In this document: in pieces, positions 11,793-20,999 of the stretch
Numbering within the stretch: position 1 is the first letter of the stretch
Layout of the letters: each line of letters opens with the position of its first letter
From: Balneolales bacterium
GTDB taxonomy: Bacteria > Bacteroidota > Rhodothermia > Balneolales > DATFMH01
Direction of reading: 5' to 3'
Length of the DNA: 64,000 nucleotides
NCBI GenBank assembly: GCA_035267045.1
Contig: DATFMH010000238.1
Location: 5,914-69,913 of the forward strand
Notes under the pieces: generated by a model
Told to the model about the DNA's origin: nothing
Seen by the model: the letters and a program-made list of their open reading frames with translations, nothing else
Database searches by the model: none
Made by a program: the position numbers and the translations under genes

Positions 11793-11930
11793 TTAATACA
11801 GATTCCGGTTTTATAACTCCTGCCGTTCTATTTAATATCGAGATAACAGAACAGATTTATCCATGAGGCGGGATAACTAACACCCTAATGTTCGAAAAAA
11901 AAGGGCACTTAATAAAACGTTAATTATTTT

Positions 11931-11967
11931 CCTTTGTGCCTTTGTGCCTTTGTGCCTTTGTGCCTTT
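11931..11967. repeat. short tandem repeat (CCTTTGTG) x about 4.6
   Basis: cctttgtg repeated head-to-tail at 11931-11962 plus a partial copy. It lies 36 bp 3' of the minus-strand aminotransferase stop. Confidence 0.9.
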
Positions 11968-12002
11968 AAAATATACAATGCTCTATGCCCCTGCGCTTTT
12001 CT

Positions 12003-13187
12003 TCATACTTTTATCTCAAATGCCTTTTTCATCCCTCTTACAGCCTGATGGATTCGTTGATCATTTTCGATGAGGGCGAAGCGTACGTATTCATCACCAT
12101 GGTGACCAAATCCTATACCAGGAGAAACGGCAACTTTGGCCTCTTTAAGCAAAAACTTTGAAAATTCGAGGGACCCCATTTCCCGGAAATGTTCGGGTAT
12201 GCGTCCCCAGACAAACATCGTCGCTTTCGGTTTTTTGACCTCCCAGCCAATACGTTGCAATGATTCTATCAATACGTCCCGGCGATTTTGATAAAGGTCA
12301 CTAATCTCCCTGGCATATGAATCACCATTATTAAGTGCCTCAATAGCCGCAATCTGGACGGGTTGGAAGATACCGTAATCCAGATAGCTTTTTATTCTTT
12401 GCAGTGCTGATATCAGGTCCTTATTACCGGCACAAAAACCAACACGCCATCCCGGCATATTGTAACTTTTGGATAGCGTGAATGTTTCAACTCCTATTTT
12501 CCGTGCCTCGGGTATCTGAAGTAAACTGGGAGCTTTGTATCCATCAAAACAGAGATCGGCGTAGGCCAGATCATGGATAACAAGCAGATTATGTTCAAGG
12601 GCAAAATCAACAACTTGTTGGAAAAAATTGAGATCAACTACTTCTGTTGTTGGATTATGCGGGAAGTTCAGGATCAACATTTTGGGACGCGGCCAGCTTT
12701 GATTATATGCTTCCTCCAGCCGTACAAAAAAATCATCACCCTGTTCCAGGGGTACTTGCCTCAGGTCGCCGCCGGCTATAACTACGGAATAGGCATGAAT
12801 TGGGTAAGTCGGATCCGGGCATAATACGATATCTCCCTGATCGATAGTACCCAGCACAAGATGAGCAAGGCCTTCTTTGGATCCCATGGTTACTACGGCT
12901 TCTGACTCAGGGTCCAGATCAACATCATAATGCCTTTTATACCAATCCGTCAATGCCAGCCTCAGTTTATAAATCCCACGTGATACAGAATACCTGTGGT
13001 TATGAGGCTTCCCGGCCGCTTCTACCAACTTGTCCACAATTGGCTGGGGGGTTGGCTGGTCGGGATTACCCATACTCATATCAACGATATCTTCTCCTGC
13101 CCGGCGAGCCTTCATTTTCATCTCATTGGTGACGGCAAAAGCGTATGGCGGTAATCGTTTTATACGATTAAATTCATGAGAGTTCAT
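12003..13187 (-). CDS. class I/II pyridoxal-phosphate aminotransferase (aspartate/alanine/aromatic type)
   Basis: 394 aa. N-terminus [12 protein letters not shown]...[12 protein letters not shown]-lysine region [14 protein letters not shown]. Immediately downstream of pheA. Confidence 0.88.
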   Translation of the reverse strand: MNSHEFNRIKRLPPYAFAVTNEMKMKARRAGEDIVDMSMGNPDQPTPQPIVDKLVEAAGKPHNHRYSVSRGIYKLRLALTDWYKRHYDVDLDPESEAVVTMGSKEGLAHLVLGTIDQGDIVLCPDPTYPIHAYSVVIAGGDLRQVPLEQGDDFFVRLEEAYNQSWPRPKMLILNFPHNPTTEVVDLNFFQQVVDFALEHNLLVIHDLAYADLCFDGYKAPSLLQIPEARKIGVETFTLSKSYNMPGWRVGFCAGNKDLISALQRIKSYLDYGIFQPVQIAAIEALNNGDSYAREISDLYQNRRDVLIESLQRIGWEVKKPKATMFVWGRIPEHFREMGSLEFSKFLLKEAKVAVSPGIGFGHHGDEYVRFALIENDQRIHQAVRGMKKAFEIKV

Positions 13188-13231
13188 ATCCTGTGTTTTT
13201 TGGTATGAAAATATCTAATGCGGAGAATTTA

Positions 13232-14413
13232 TTAGTTTTGTACTTCATTATGGGGACTCTGTGCAACATCCTCGCTTTTGGGTTGAATTGGGTAACATCC
13301 CAATATTTTTACGAAACTTGCATGTCGATCCAGTTCCTCAAGGGCTTTTGATACATCCGGATTATTGGCATTTCCCTCAATATCCAGATAGAACAAATAT
13401 TGCCACGGGACATTTGGCCGGGGACGGGATTCGAGCTTAGTCATGTTGATGCCATTATCACCTATTACTCTAAGTGAGTTCATCAGTGCCCCTTTCTGAT
13501 GATTAGTAGCAATGACCAATGAGGTCTTACAGGGTAATTGTGGATCACAATACACCGGATCTCTGGCAACAATTACAAATCGCGTATAGTTTTGGGTCTG
13601 ATTGGCTATATCTCTTTCCAGAATTTGCAGGCCATATCGTTCCGCAGCCTGGGTTCCTGCTATAGCTGCTTGCGAGAGATCACCATCCTCCTGTACTTTC
13701 CTGGCTGCCATGGCAGTATCGATATACGATTCAACTTTACTATAAGGTAACCGGGATAAAAAGCGGCTGCACTGGGCTAAAGCCTGCGGATGTGAAATAA
13801 TCCTTTTGATATGTGTAAGAGGTACTTTGCGAATACCTAACAGACAGTGACGGACCCTGAGTACTTCTTCACCGATGATCACCAGTGAACTATCTCCCAG
13901 TAAATCATATGTCTCATTTATGGAACCGGCAGTTGTGTTTTCTACAGGCAGGACTGCTGCATCGACTTTCCCTTCTTCAACAGCTTTACCCGCTTCGTGA
14001 AATGTATCGAATCCGCAGGTATCAATTTTAGCATAACGTTCACTGAAATGCCGGTATGCCGTCTGATGACTGTATGAACCGACAGTACCCTGATACGCCA
14101 CGGATATTCTTTTATCTGATGGAATATCGTTATGATAATCCATTAAGGCATGAGTCTGTGATCTGACAGAGTGATTGATGATCTCCCGAAAAATCTGTTC
14201 GATAAAATAACGGTCTAATCCGGACTGACGTGCTTTGTCACCGAGTTTTGTCAGAATCTGCTCTTCTCTTTGATAATCACGTATTCTGCCTGAATTTTGT
14301 TTCTTCAGTTTAAAGACATCTTCAACAACTTTTTGGCGGTCAGCAATGGCATCTATGATTCGTTGATCAATTTCATCAAGCTGTTCTCTAATGTTTTGTA
14401 ATTCTTTTTTCAT
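13232..14413 (-). CDS. pheA: bifunctional chorismate mutase / prephenate dehydratase (P-protein)
   Basis: 393 aa. N-terminal CM_2 helix bundle (LREQLDEIDQRIIDAIADR), PDT domain (VAYQGTVGSYSH; TRF..V), C-terminal ACT (ESRP motif). Confidence 0.9.
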   Translation of the reverse strand: MKKELQNIREQLDEIDQRIIDAIADRQKVVEDVFKLKKQNSGRIRDYQREEQILTKLGDKARQSGLDRYFIEQIFREIINHSVRSQTHALMDYHNDIPSDKRISVAYQGTVGSYSHQTAYRHFSERYAKIDTCGFDTFHEAGKAVEEGKVDAAVLPVENTTAGSINETYDLLGDSSLVIIGEEVLRVRHCLLGIRKVPLTHIKRIISHPQALAQCSRFLSRLPYSKVESYIDTAMAARKVQEDGDLSQAAIAGTQAAERYGLQILERDIANQTQNYTRFVIVARDPVYCDPQLPCKTSLVIATNHQKGALMNSLRVIGDNGINMTKLESRPRPNVPWQYLFYLDIEGNANNPDVSKALEELDRHASFVKILGCYPIQPKSEDVAQSPHNEVQN

Positions 14414-14442
14414 CGTTTAAATAATTGATTGTAGGATATAAG

Positions 14443-15771
14443 TCAGATGTTTGTTACTGCGCTGTTTTCGGATTGTTCAAGCAGGAATCTTTTAAACTTA
14501 TTATAAGATGGTTCCATTAAGATGGAATGTTTTTCCCGGATCATACAATCCTTTAGTGTTTGGGGCAGATCTATCTCTTTTTTAATAATCGGTTCTACAA
14601 TATTTTTGAATTTTGCAGGATGAGCTGTTGCCATGATGATAACCGGTTTTTCAGGCTGATTAATCTTTTGCCGAAATTTCACTGCTGCCTGATATCCGAT
14701 AGCCGTGTGGGGATCAAGCAAATAACCGGTTTCATCGAATACCTTTTTTATCGTTTTACGTGTTTGATTATCTGTAAACGAATACCCCTTCAGGGTAGAT
14801 CGCATTTCGTCGATCGAATAATTAAAAAGATATTGGATCCTGGCCAAATTACTCGGGTCACCGACATCCATGGCATTGGAAATAGTATTATGGGATTTTC
14901 GTGCCTTGAAAGTACCCTTTTCAAGATATTCAGGGACGACATCGTTGATATTAGTGGCAATGACAAATTGATCAACCGGCATACCCATTTTCATAGCTAA
15001 AAGACCGGCCGTAACATTCCCCATATTTCCACTGGGAACTACAAATACCGGTGGTTCGGATTCTGATTTTTGGTATTGAGCCAATGCATAGGCGTAGTAA
15101 ATAGATTGAGGTAATAAACGTGCTATATTTATGGAATTTGCCGATGACAGGTGTATTTTTTTTCTTAAATCAGTATCAGAAAAAGCCTGTTTTACCAATC
15201 GCTGACAGTCATCAAAGTTCCCTGTTATTTCTAATGCCGTTACATTTCCGCCAACCGTAGTTAACTGTTGTTCCTGCAATTCGCTGACTTTACCCTTTGG
15301 ATAAAGCAGAAGAACAGAGACATTCTCCGTATTTTTGAAGCCTTGTGCCACGGCGCTTCCGGTATCACCGGATGTAGCTACGAGAATCGTTATTTTACGG
15401 CCATCAGCAAGATGTTCGAATGTTTGAGCTAAGAATCTTGCACCGAAATCCTTGAAAGCCAGTGTAGGGCCATGAAATAATTCGGTAACAAATGTTTTTG
15501 CATTTACTTTCTCAAGCGGGGCATCAAAATTAAAAGCTTTTTTTATAATAGCATGTAATGTATCCTTATCCCAGGTTTCAGAAGTATATGGATAAAGTAA
15601 AATTTGGGCTATTTCATGAAAAGAGTAACGTGATAGATTATCCCAAAAATCAGAGGGAAGAACCGGAACATATTCTGGCATATACAAACCACCATCTTCA
15701 GCGAGGCCATTTATCACAGCATCACTAAAAATAACCGGTTTAGCTTTGTTATTTGTGCTGATATATTTCAT
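14443..15771 (-). CDS. thrC: threonine synthase
   Basis: 442 aa. PLP-lysine motif HGPTLAFKDFG and the typical N-terminus MKYISTN.... Confidence 0.95.
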   Translation of the reverse strand: MKYISTNNKAKPVIFSDAVINGLAEDGGLYMPEYVPVLPSDFWDNLSRYSFHEIAQILLYPYTSETWDKDTLHAIIKKAFNFDAPLEKVNAKTFVTELFHGPTLAFKDFGARFLAQTFEHLADGRKITILVATSGDTGSAVAQGFKNTENVSVLLLYPKGKVSELQEQQLTTVGGNVTALEITGNFDDCQRLVKQAFSDTDLRKKIHLSSANSINIARLLPQSIYYAYALAQYQKSESEPPVFVVPSGNMGNVTAGLLAMKMGMPVDQFVIATNINDVVPEYLEKGTFKARKSHNTISNAMDVGDPSNLARIQYLFNYSIDEMRSTLKGYSFTDNQTRKTIKKVFDETGYLLDPHTAIGYQAAVKFRQKINQPEKPVIIMATAHPAKFKNIVEPIIKKEIDLPQTLKDCMIREKHSILMEPSYNKFKRFLLEQSENSAVTNI

Positions 15772-15809
15772 AAAACAGCAATTATATTCACTCCGTAATC
15801 ATCAATTTT

Positions 15810-16778
15810 CTACTGATTTTTGTCTTCCTGGTCAAATGTTACACATCCTTGTTTATTTATGGGTGAAATAAACAAACTATAGGACAAACCAATTTCCTGT
15901 ATGGCTTTCTCCATAGCTGAGCCCACCTGTGTTGCCGTATCATGTCCACGGGACAACGCAAATATAGAGGGACCGGAACCGGATATACTGCATCCCAGGG
16001 CGCCACCGTCTAATGCTGCTTTTTTTATTATATCGAATCCGGGAATGAGTACAGAACGAATAGGCTCTATTATTTGATCGTGTAACGACCGGCCGATTAA
16101 GTCATAATCGTTTTTGAATAAACCCGCTACCAACGCGCCGACATTACCCCATTGTGATACGGCGTCAGCCAAACGGACTTCCTTACGAAGGATTTTGCGA
16201 GTGTCTTCTGTCCTGATCTCAATTTCTGGATGGATGACTGTACAGAATATATCATCAGGTGTTGGCAGTTCTATAACATCGAGAGGATTATTACTTCTGA
16301 CAAAGATGAAACCGCCCAATAAAGAAGCCGTGGCATTGTCGGCGTGGGATGCACCACATGATACATATTCACCGGCCACTGCAAAAGGCAATAATTCTTT
16401 TTTGGAATATGGATCACCAAGTAAATGATTCGCTGCTACTACAGCGGCAACCGCACTTGCCGCACTTGATCCCAGACCGCTACCGAGGGGCATATTTTTA
16501 TAAAGTTCAAGTTCTATGCCTGTATTATCAGATATATCCAATGACTTCAATAAGCTTGAAGCTGCTACTCCGGCTGTATTTTTATGGGCGTCCAGTGGTA
16601 AATCAGCGTTATTCCCATGAATAGCAATGATTTTGACACCGGGTTGCTTACCAAACCGTGCGACAATTTCATCACCCGGTTCATTGATGGCAAATCCCAT
16701 AACATCAAAGCCGCAGCCGACATTGGCAACACTACCGGGAGCATATGCTCTTACTTCCTGTATCTCTTTATCATTCAT
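15810..16778 (-). CDS. thrB: homoserine kinase
   Basis: 322 aa. GHMP kinase motif PLGSGLGSSAASAVA. Confidence 0.95.
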   Translation of the reverse strand: MNDKEIQEVRAYAPGSVANVGCGFDVMGFAINEPGDEIVARFGKQPGVKIIAIHGNNADLPLDAHKNTAGVAASSLLKSLDISDNTGIELELYKNMPLGSGLGSSAASAVAAVVAANHLLGDPYSKKELLPFAVAGEYVSCGASHADNATASLLGGFIFVRSNNPLDVIELPTPDDIFCTVIHPEIEIRTEDTRKILRKEVRLADAVSQWGNVGALVAGLFKNDYDLIGRSLHDQIIEPIRSVLIPGFDIIKKAALDGGALGCSISGSGPSIFALSRGHDTATQVGSAMEKAIQEIGLSYSLFISPINKQGCVTFDQEDKNQ

Positions 16779-16802
16779 ATCATTAGAATGATGTTACAAT
16801 GT

Positions 16803-18206
16803 TTAAATTATTGATTCAAAATGATTAACAGAGAAGAAAGTTTTATGTAAAGAACGGATTGCATTCGGCTCATCTTTTTGTGAAATGAGAAGAGAAATAT
16901 TCCGCTCAGATGATCCCTGGGCTATTGCTGCAATATTAATATGCTTATCTCCGAGTGTCTTAAATACCTGGCCGGCAATACCCGGTGTGTTACGCATATT
17001 ATCACCAACAACTGCAACAATACACATCGACGGTTCAAGAATGACCGGTTCTATTTGTTCTTGTACAATTTCCTCACGGAATTCATATTCCAGGGCCCTC
17101 CGGGCTTCATCGGCATATTTCGACAGAACGGCGAAGCAGACAGTATATTCGGAAGAAGCTTGTGTAATCATAATGATATTTATTCCTTTATCAGCCATAG
17201 ACTTAAATATCCGTGCAGCTATGCCGTTTACTCCTATCATGCCACCTCCTTTAAGTGTCAGCAGTGCAATGTTTTCAATAGATGAAATACCTTTTATGAA
17301 TCCATTGCTATGCTGTGATTTCCTTGTAATCCAGGTTCCGGTATGCTCAGGATTGAACGTGTTCAGAAGATTTACCGGTATTCCCGCTTTCATTGCAGGT
17401 TGTATGGTAGGAGGGAAGATCACCTTAGCTCCAAAATGTGACAATTCCATGGCTTCTTCATACGAACAGGATGGAATTGTGAATGCATCTTTAACCTTTT
17501 GCGGATTAGCAGTCATTAAGCCATCCACATCCGACCATATTTCGATGACGTCACTATTAAGTGCTACTCCAAGGAGTGAGGCCGTTAAATCCGAACCACC
17601 GCGGCCCAAAGTGGTAGTTTCCCCATTTTCGGTGGCAGCGATAAAGCCGGTTACGATTTGAATATTATTTTTATCCTTAAAATATGAGCGTATACATTTG
17701 TAGGTATCTTCAAATAAGACATTAGCGGAACCAAAACGAACATCCGTTCTAATGAATGATCTCGCATCAGCAAAATCAGCCGCTATATCACTGTCATGCA
17801 GAAAACGACTAATGATAAATGCAGAAAACCGTTCTCCGAAACCGAGGATAAAATCTTGTGTCCTATGTGTAATTTCCCGAACAAGGTAAACACCATTTAG
17901 GACATCTTCCAATTCATTGAAAGTGACTTTAAATTTTGCCAGTGCTTCACTCTGATGATATACGGATATTCCATCCTGGATAATCCGTATATGTTTTTGC
18001 TCGATATCATTTAGAAGCTGCACATAACTTTGATCACCTGAAGCGGCGAGTCCGGAGCAGGTTAGTAGTGAGTCGGTAACGCCTTTAAATGCTGATACTA
18101 CAACGGAAAGGGGTCCCTCTGACCGTTTTTTTTCGATTATACGTATTACCTGAGAGAGAGCGTTGAGTGAACCGACTGATGATCCACCGAATTTTAATAT
18201 GCGCAT
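16803..18206 (-). CDS. aspartate kinase, monofunctional (kinase + two ACT domains, no homoserine dehydrogenase domain)
   Basis: 467 aa. KFGGSS motif at the N-terminus and ACT-like repeats at the C-terminus. Resembles the N-terminal half of bifunctional ThrA but ends after the ACT region. Confidence 0.9.
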   Translation of the reverse strand: MRILKFGGSSVGSLNALSQVIRIIEKKRSEGPLSVVVSAFKGVTDSLLTCSGLAASGDQSYVQLLNDIEQKHIRIIQDGISVYHQSEALAKFKVTFNELEDVLNGVYLVREITHRTQDFILGFGERFSAFIISRFLHDSDIAADFADARSFIRTDVRFGSANVLFEDTYKCIRSYFKDKNNIQIVTGFIAATENGETTTLGRGGSDLTASLLGVALNSDVIEIWSDVDGLMTANPQKVKDAFTIPSCSYEEAMELSHFGAKVIFPPTIQPAMKAGIPVNLLNTFNPEHTGTWITRKSQHSNGFIKGISSIENIALLTLKGGGMIGVNGIAARIFKSMADKGINIIMITQASSEYTVCFAVLSKYADEARRALEYEFREEIVQEQIEPVILEPSMCIVAVVGDNMRNTPGIAGQVFKTLGDKHINIAAIAQGSSERNISLLISQKDEPNAIRSLHKTFFSVNHFESII

Positions 18207-18440
18207 ATTTACCTGACGTGTTAGAATTTAATAAATCACTATTAATTGGAGTTCGAGAACTTTTTTGTAAATACCTTGCCTGATCAAGGAGAGAAATTAA
18301 GTTATTTGTGTTAGCAGATAATCGAACACTTCTGCTTTACTAACCATGATAACGAGGATTCGAATGGTACATTGATAAAGCAAAAGTATATGAAAAAAAT
18401 TATTTATGCTACTAATTATTAATGACTTGTATCAAGACTT

Positions 18441-20156
18441 TTATACTTTTGGTTCTGTTTCAACATTGATCAACCCTGTTGCATCCGTTACACAACCTTT
18501 TGAGGCAGATGATACAAGCTGAGCATATTTATAGAGTGATCCGTTCTGTACCCTAAGTTGCGGTTGCTTCCATTTTTTCCTTCGTTCGTCCAATTCATCA
18601 TCAGAAAGGTCAACGGAGATCCTATGTTCAACACTGTCTATTGTTACCATATCGCCATCCTGAATCAGAGCAATCGGGCCACCCACCTGGGCCTCAGGTG
18701 TAACGTGACCTATTACAAAACCATGAGTACCGCCGGAAAAACGTCCGTCTGTTATTAAAGCTACACTTTTACTTAAACCGGCTCCAACTATGGCTGCTGT
18801 AATAGACAACATTTCGCGCATGCCGGGTCCGCCTTTCGGTCCTTCATAACGAATGACCACCACATCACCTTCATTAATTTTCCCATTTTGAATAGCTTCT
18901 AAACTATCCTCTTCTGAATCAAAGACACGGGCGGGACCGGTAAATTTATCACCTTCTTTACCTGTTATTTTAGCCACAGCACCTTCGGGGGATAAATTAC
19001 CATATAAGATATCGATATGGCCTGTATTTTTTATGGGATCTGATATTGGATGAACAATAGATTGATCTTCCAGGAGATCCGGTAACGTTTCCAAATTTTC
19101 TTCAAGTGTTTTTCCTGTTACCGTCAGGCACGATCCATCCAGAAAACCTTCCCGTATTAATAATTTCTGTACAGCCGGAACACCTCCGACATTATAAAGG
19201 TCTTCCATTACATATTTGCCACTGGGTTTTAAATCAGCCAGGTAGGGCGTTTTTTTACTAATATCCTGAAAGTCATCAATCGTAAAATCCACACCTGCCG
19301 TATGAGCCATAGCCAATAAATGAAGTACAGCATTTGTTGAACCACCCAGGGCTATGACAATGGTAACAGCATTTTCAAATGCTTTGCGGGTCATGATGTC
19401 AAGAGGTTTGATATCTTTTTTGAGGAGGTTATAAATAGCTTTTCCAGCCGCTTCACATTCTTTCAATTTCCTTTTGTTTTGAGCCGGTATTGAAGAGCTG
19501 TATGGTAAACTCATACCCATAGTTTCAATGGCGGAAGCCATAGTATTGGCCGTATACATTCCGCCACAAGCACCGGCACCGGGGCAAGCGTGATGCAAAA
19601 CCAGTTGCATTTCATCCTTATCAATTTCCTTCGACAGATATTGTCCATAAGATTCGAATGCTGAAACAATATCTAGTTTTTGTCCATTTAAATTACCGGG
19701 ATGTATCGTTCCGCCATACACCATTATAGATGGACGATTTACCCGGGCCATGGCCATAATAGATCCGGGCATATTCTTATCACAACCTGCAATAGTAATA
19801 TTTGCATCATACCATTGTGCTTTCATTACTGTTTCAATGGAATCGGCAATAATATCCCTGGAGGGTAGGGAATATTTCATTCCCTGGGTCCCCATCGAAA
19901 TGCCATCACTTACTCCAATAGTATTGAATATGAATCCAATAAGGTTACTGCTTTCCACACTATTTTTAATATGGGCGGCAAAATCGTTCAGGTGCATATT
20001 GCATGTATTGCCTTCCCAGCCGGTACTGGCAATTCCAACCTGTGCCTTATTCATATCATCATCAGACAGACCCACACCATAAAGCATGGCCTGTGATCCT
20101 ACCTGTGATTCAGCCTGTGTTAATCTCTTACTGTATTTGTTTAATTCCTCATTCAT
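18441..20156 (-). CDS. ilvD: dihydroxy-acid dehydratase
   Basis: 571 aa. IlvD/Edd signatures CDKNMPG and [12 protein letters not shown]-like ([14 protein letters not shown]). Confidence 0.95.
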   Translation of the reverse strand: MNEELNKYSKRLTQAESQVGSQAMLYGVGLSDDDMNKAQVGIASTGWEGNTCNMHLNDFAAHIKNSVESSNLIGFIFNTIGVSDGISMGTQGMKYSLPSRDIIADSIETVMKAQWYDANITIAGCDKNMPGSIMAMARVNRPSIMVYGGTIHPGNLNGQKLDIVSAFESYGQYLSKEIDKDEMQLVLHHACPGAGACGGMYTANTMASAIETMGMSLPYSSSIPAQNKRKLKECEAAGKAIYNLLKKDIKPLDIMTRKAFENAVTIVIALGGSTNAVLHLLAMAHTAGVDFTIDDFQDISKKTPYLADLKPSGKYVMEDLYNVGGVPAVQKLLIREGFLDGSCLTVTGKTLEENLETLPDLLEDQSIVHPISDPIKNTGHIDILYGNLSPEGAVAKITGKEGDKFTGPARVFDSEEDSLEAIQNGKINEGDVVVIRYEGPKGGPGMREMLSITAAIVGAGLSKSVALITDGRFSGGTHGFVIGHVTPEAQVGGPIALIQDGDMVTIDSVEHRISVDLSDDELDERRKKWKQPQLRVQNGSLYKYAQLVSSASKGCVTDATGLINVETEPKV

Positions 20157-20591
20157 ATTTCTGAAAAACCCTTCAACTATATAACTAAATGTTTAGATGT
20201 TTTAATAGGATGAAGCACAAAATCTAAGTCCTAATATGAATTTTTGTCTTCCTGGTTTAATGGCGTGACCAATTTACTTTCACCTTTCTGAAATAAAGTA
20301 ATTACAATAATTTATCTGGAAATATTTTCCCAACTAATTGAGGCGAAAAGGATTATGGCAGAAAAAGCCACTAAAAAATGAACAAAAATTGACTAAACGT
20401 TATCCAATTATTTTATAACTACAAATATAATGGATAAATGTATAATACAAATACAGATGATAGAATCAATAGGTAATTACAAATTAATTGATAAAAAAAG
20501 ATCAAGAAAAAAAATATGTTTTAAAAATGTACGTAATAAAATTAGAAAAGCGCTTCCAAGATAAAAATCAAAAAAAATCTAATAAAAACTA

Positions 20592-20620
20592 TAATTTCTT
20601 CTTGACACATAAGATCCTGT
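20592..20620 (+). promoter_or_regulatory. candidate sigma70-type promoter for the ilv-leu leader transcript
   Basis: TTGACA (20592-20597), 17-nt spacer, TACGTT (20615-20620). Confidence 0.35.
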
Positions 20621-20820
20621 TTAATACGTTAAGTACAGTTGGAAAAGTTAAATAAAGCAGTAATATCTTGGTCGATAATACATCATATCATGCATACAAT
20701 ATTCGCATTGACAGTATCATTACTGCCAAATGGGAAGTGTCTAAAAGTGATTTTCTGTTAACTGCTTTAGCAATTATTATATCCTCTATAATACTACGAC
20801 TATCGATTCTAACCCTATCT

Positions 20821-20892
20821 ATGGTCCTGGGAATTATTGTAGGAATAATCTCTGGCCTAATTCTACTAATTCTAATACGAATTATCAGCTAA
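20821..20892 (+). CDS. candidate Ile/Leu/Val-rich leader peptide of the ilv-leu operon
   Basis: MVLGIIVGIISGLILLILIRIIS is 23 aa, 16 of them I/L/V. The frame is open back to a TTG at 20668, giving a 74-aa ORF with 35 I/L/V residues. It ends 108 nt upstream of ilvB. Confidence 0.4.
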   Translation: MVLGIIVGIISGLILLILIRIIS

Positions 20893-20897
20893 CATAT

Positions 20898-20997
20898 CGC
20901 CAGAGGTTGTTCTACAATGATCAATTAAATTTCCAATAAAAAATGAACTTTGAAGAATGACCTCTGGCGGGAACGGTACGTCCCAAAAAACGAGGTC
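20898..20997 (+). promoter_or_regulatory. candidate attenuator / translational switch (alternative stems) between leader ORF and ilvB
   Basis: cgccagaggt (20898-20907) is perfectly complementary to acctctggcg (20960-20969). It can also pair with ctctggc (20850-20856) inside the leader ORF. gacctc (20959-20964) can alternatively pair with gaggtc (20992-20997), which overlaps the GAGG just 5' of the ilvB ATG. Confidence 0.35.
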
Positions 20998-20999
20998 TT

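Noticed and set aside
11931-11967. Possible CRISPR array or minisatellite
   Set aside because: The units are only 8 bp and directly abutting, with no spacers and no cas genes. I kept it only as a micro-tandem repeat.
16885-17661. 258-aa plus-strand ORF (and a nested 114-aa ORF) antisense to the aspartokinase gene
   Set aside because: It lies entirely within a well-supported minus-strand gene. The sequence is low-complexity and Ser/Pro/Ala-rich with no recognisable motifs, which is typical of a shadow ORF on the complement of a codon-biased gene.
18207-18440. Leader peptide or riboswitch upstream of the aspartokinase-thr operon
   Set aside because: The only small ORF on the minus strand (MVSKAEVFDYLLTQIT) is not Thr/Ile-rich. 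The hairpins are short and lack U-tracts, and no lysine or other riboswitch core was recognisable.
20668-20892. The full 74-aa TTG-initiated ORF as a bona fide two-TM membrane protein or type I toxin
   Set aside because: This is not excluded. However, the extreme Ile/Leu bias with CTA codons, the position directly upstream of the ilv-leu operon and the adjoining complementary segments fit a regulatory leader better. I kept it as the alternative hypothesis in the finding.
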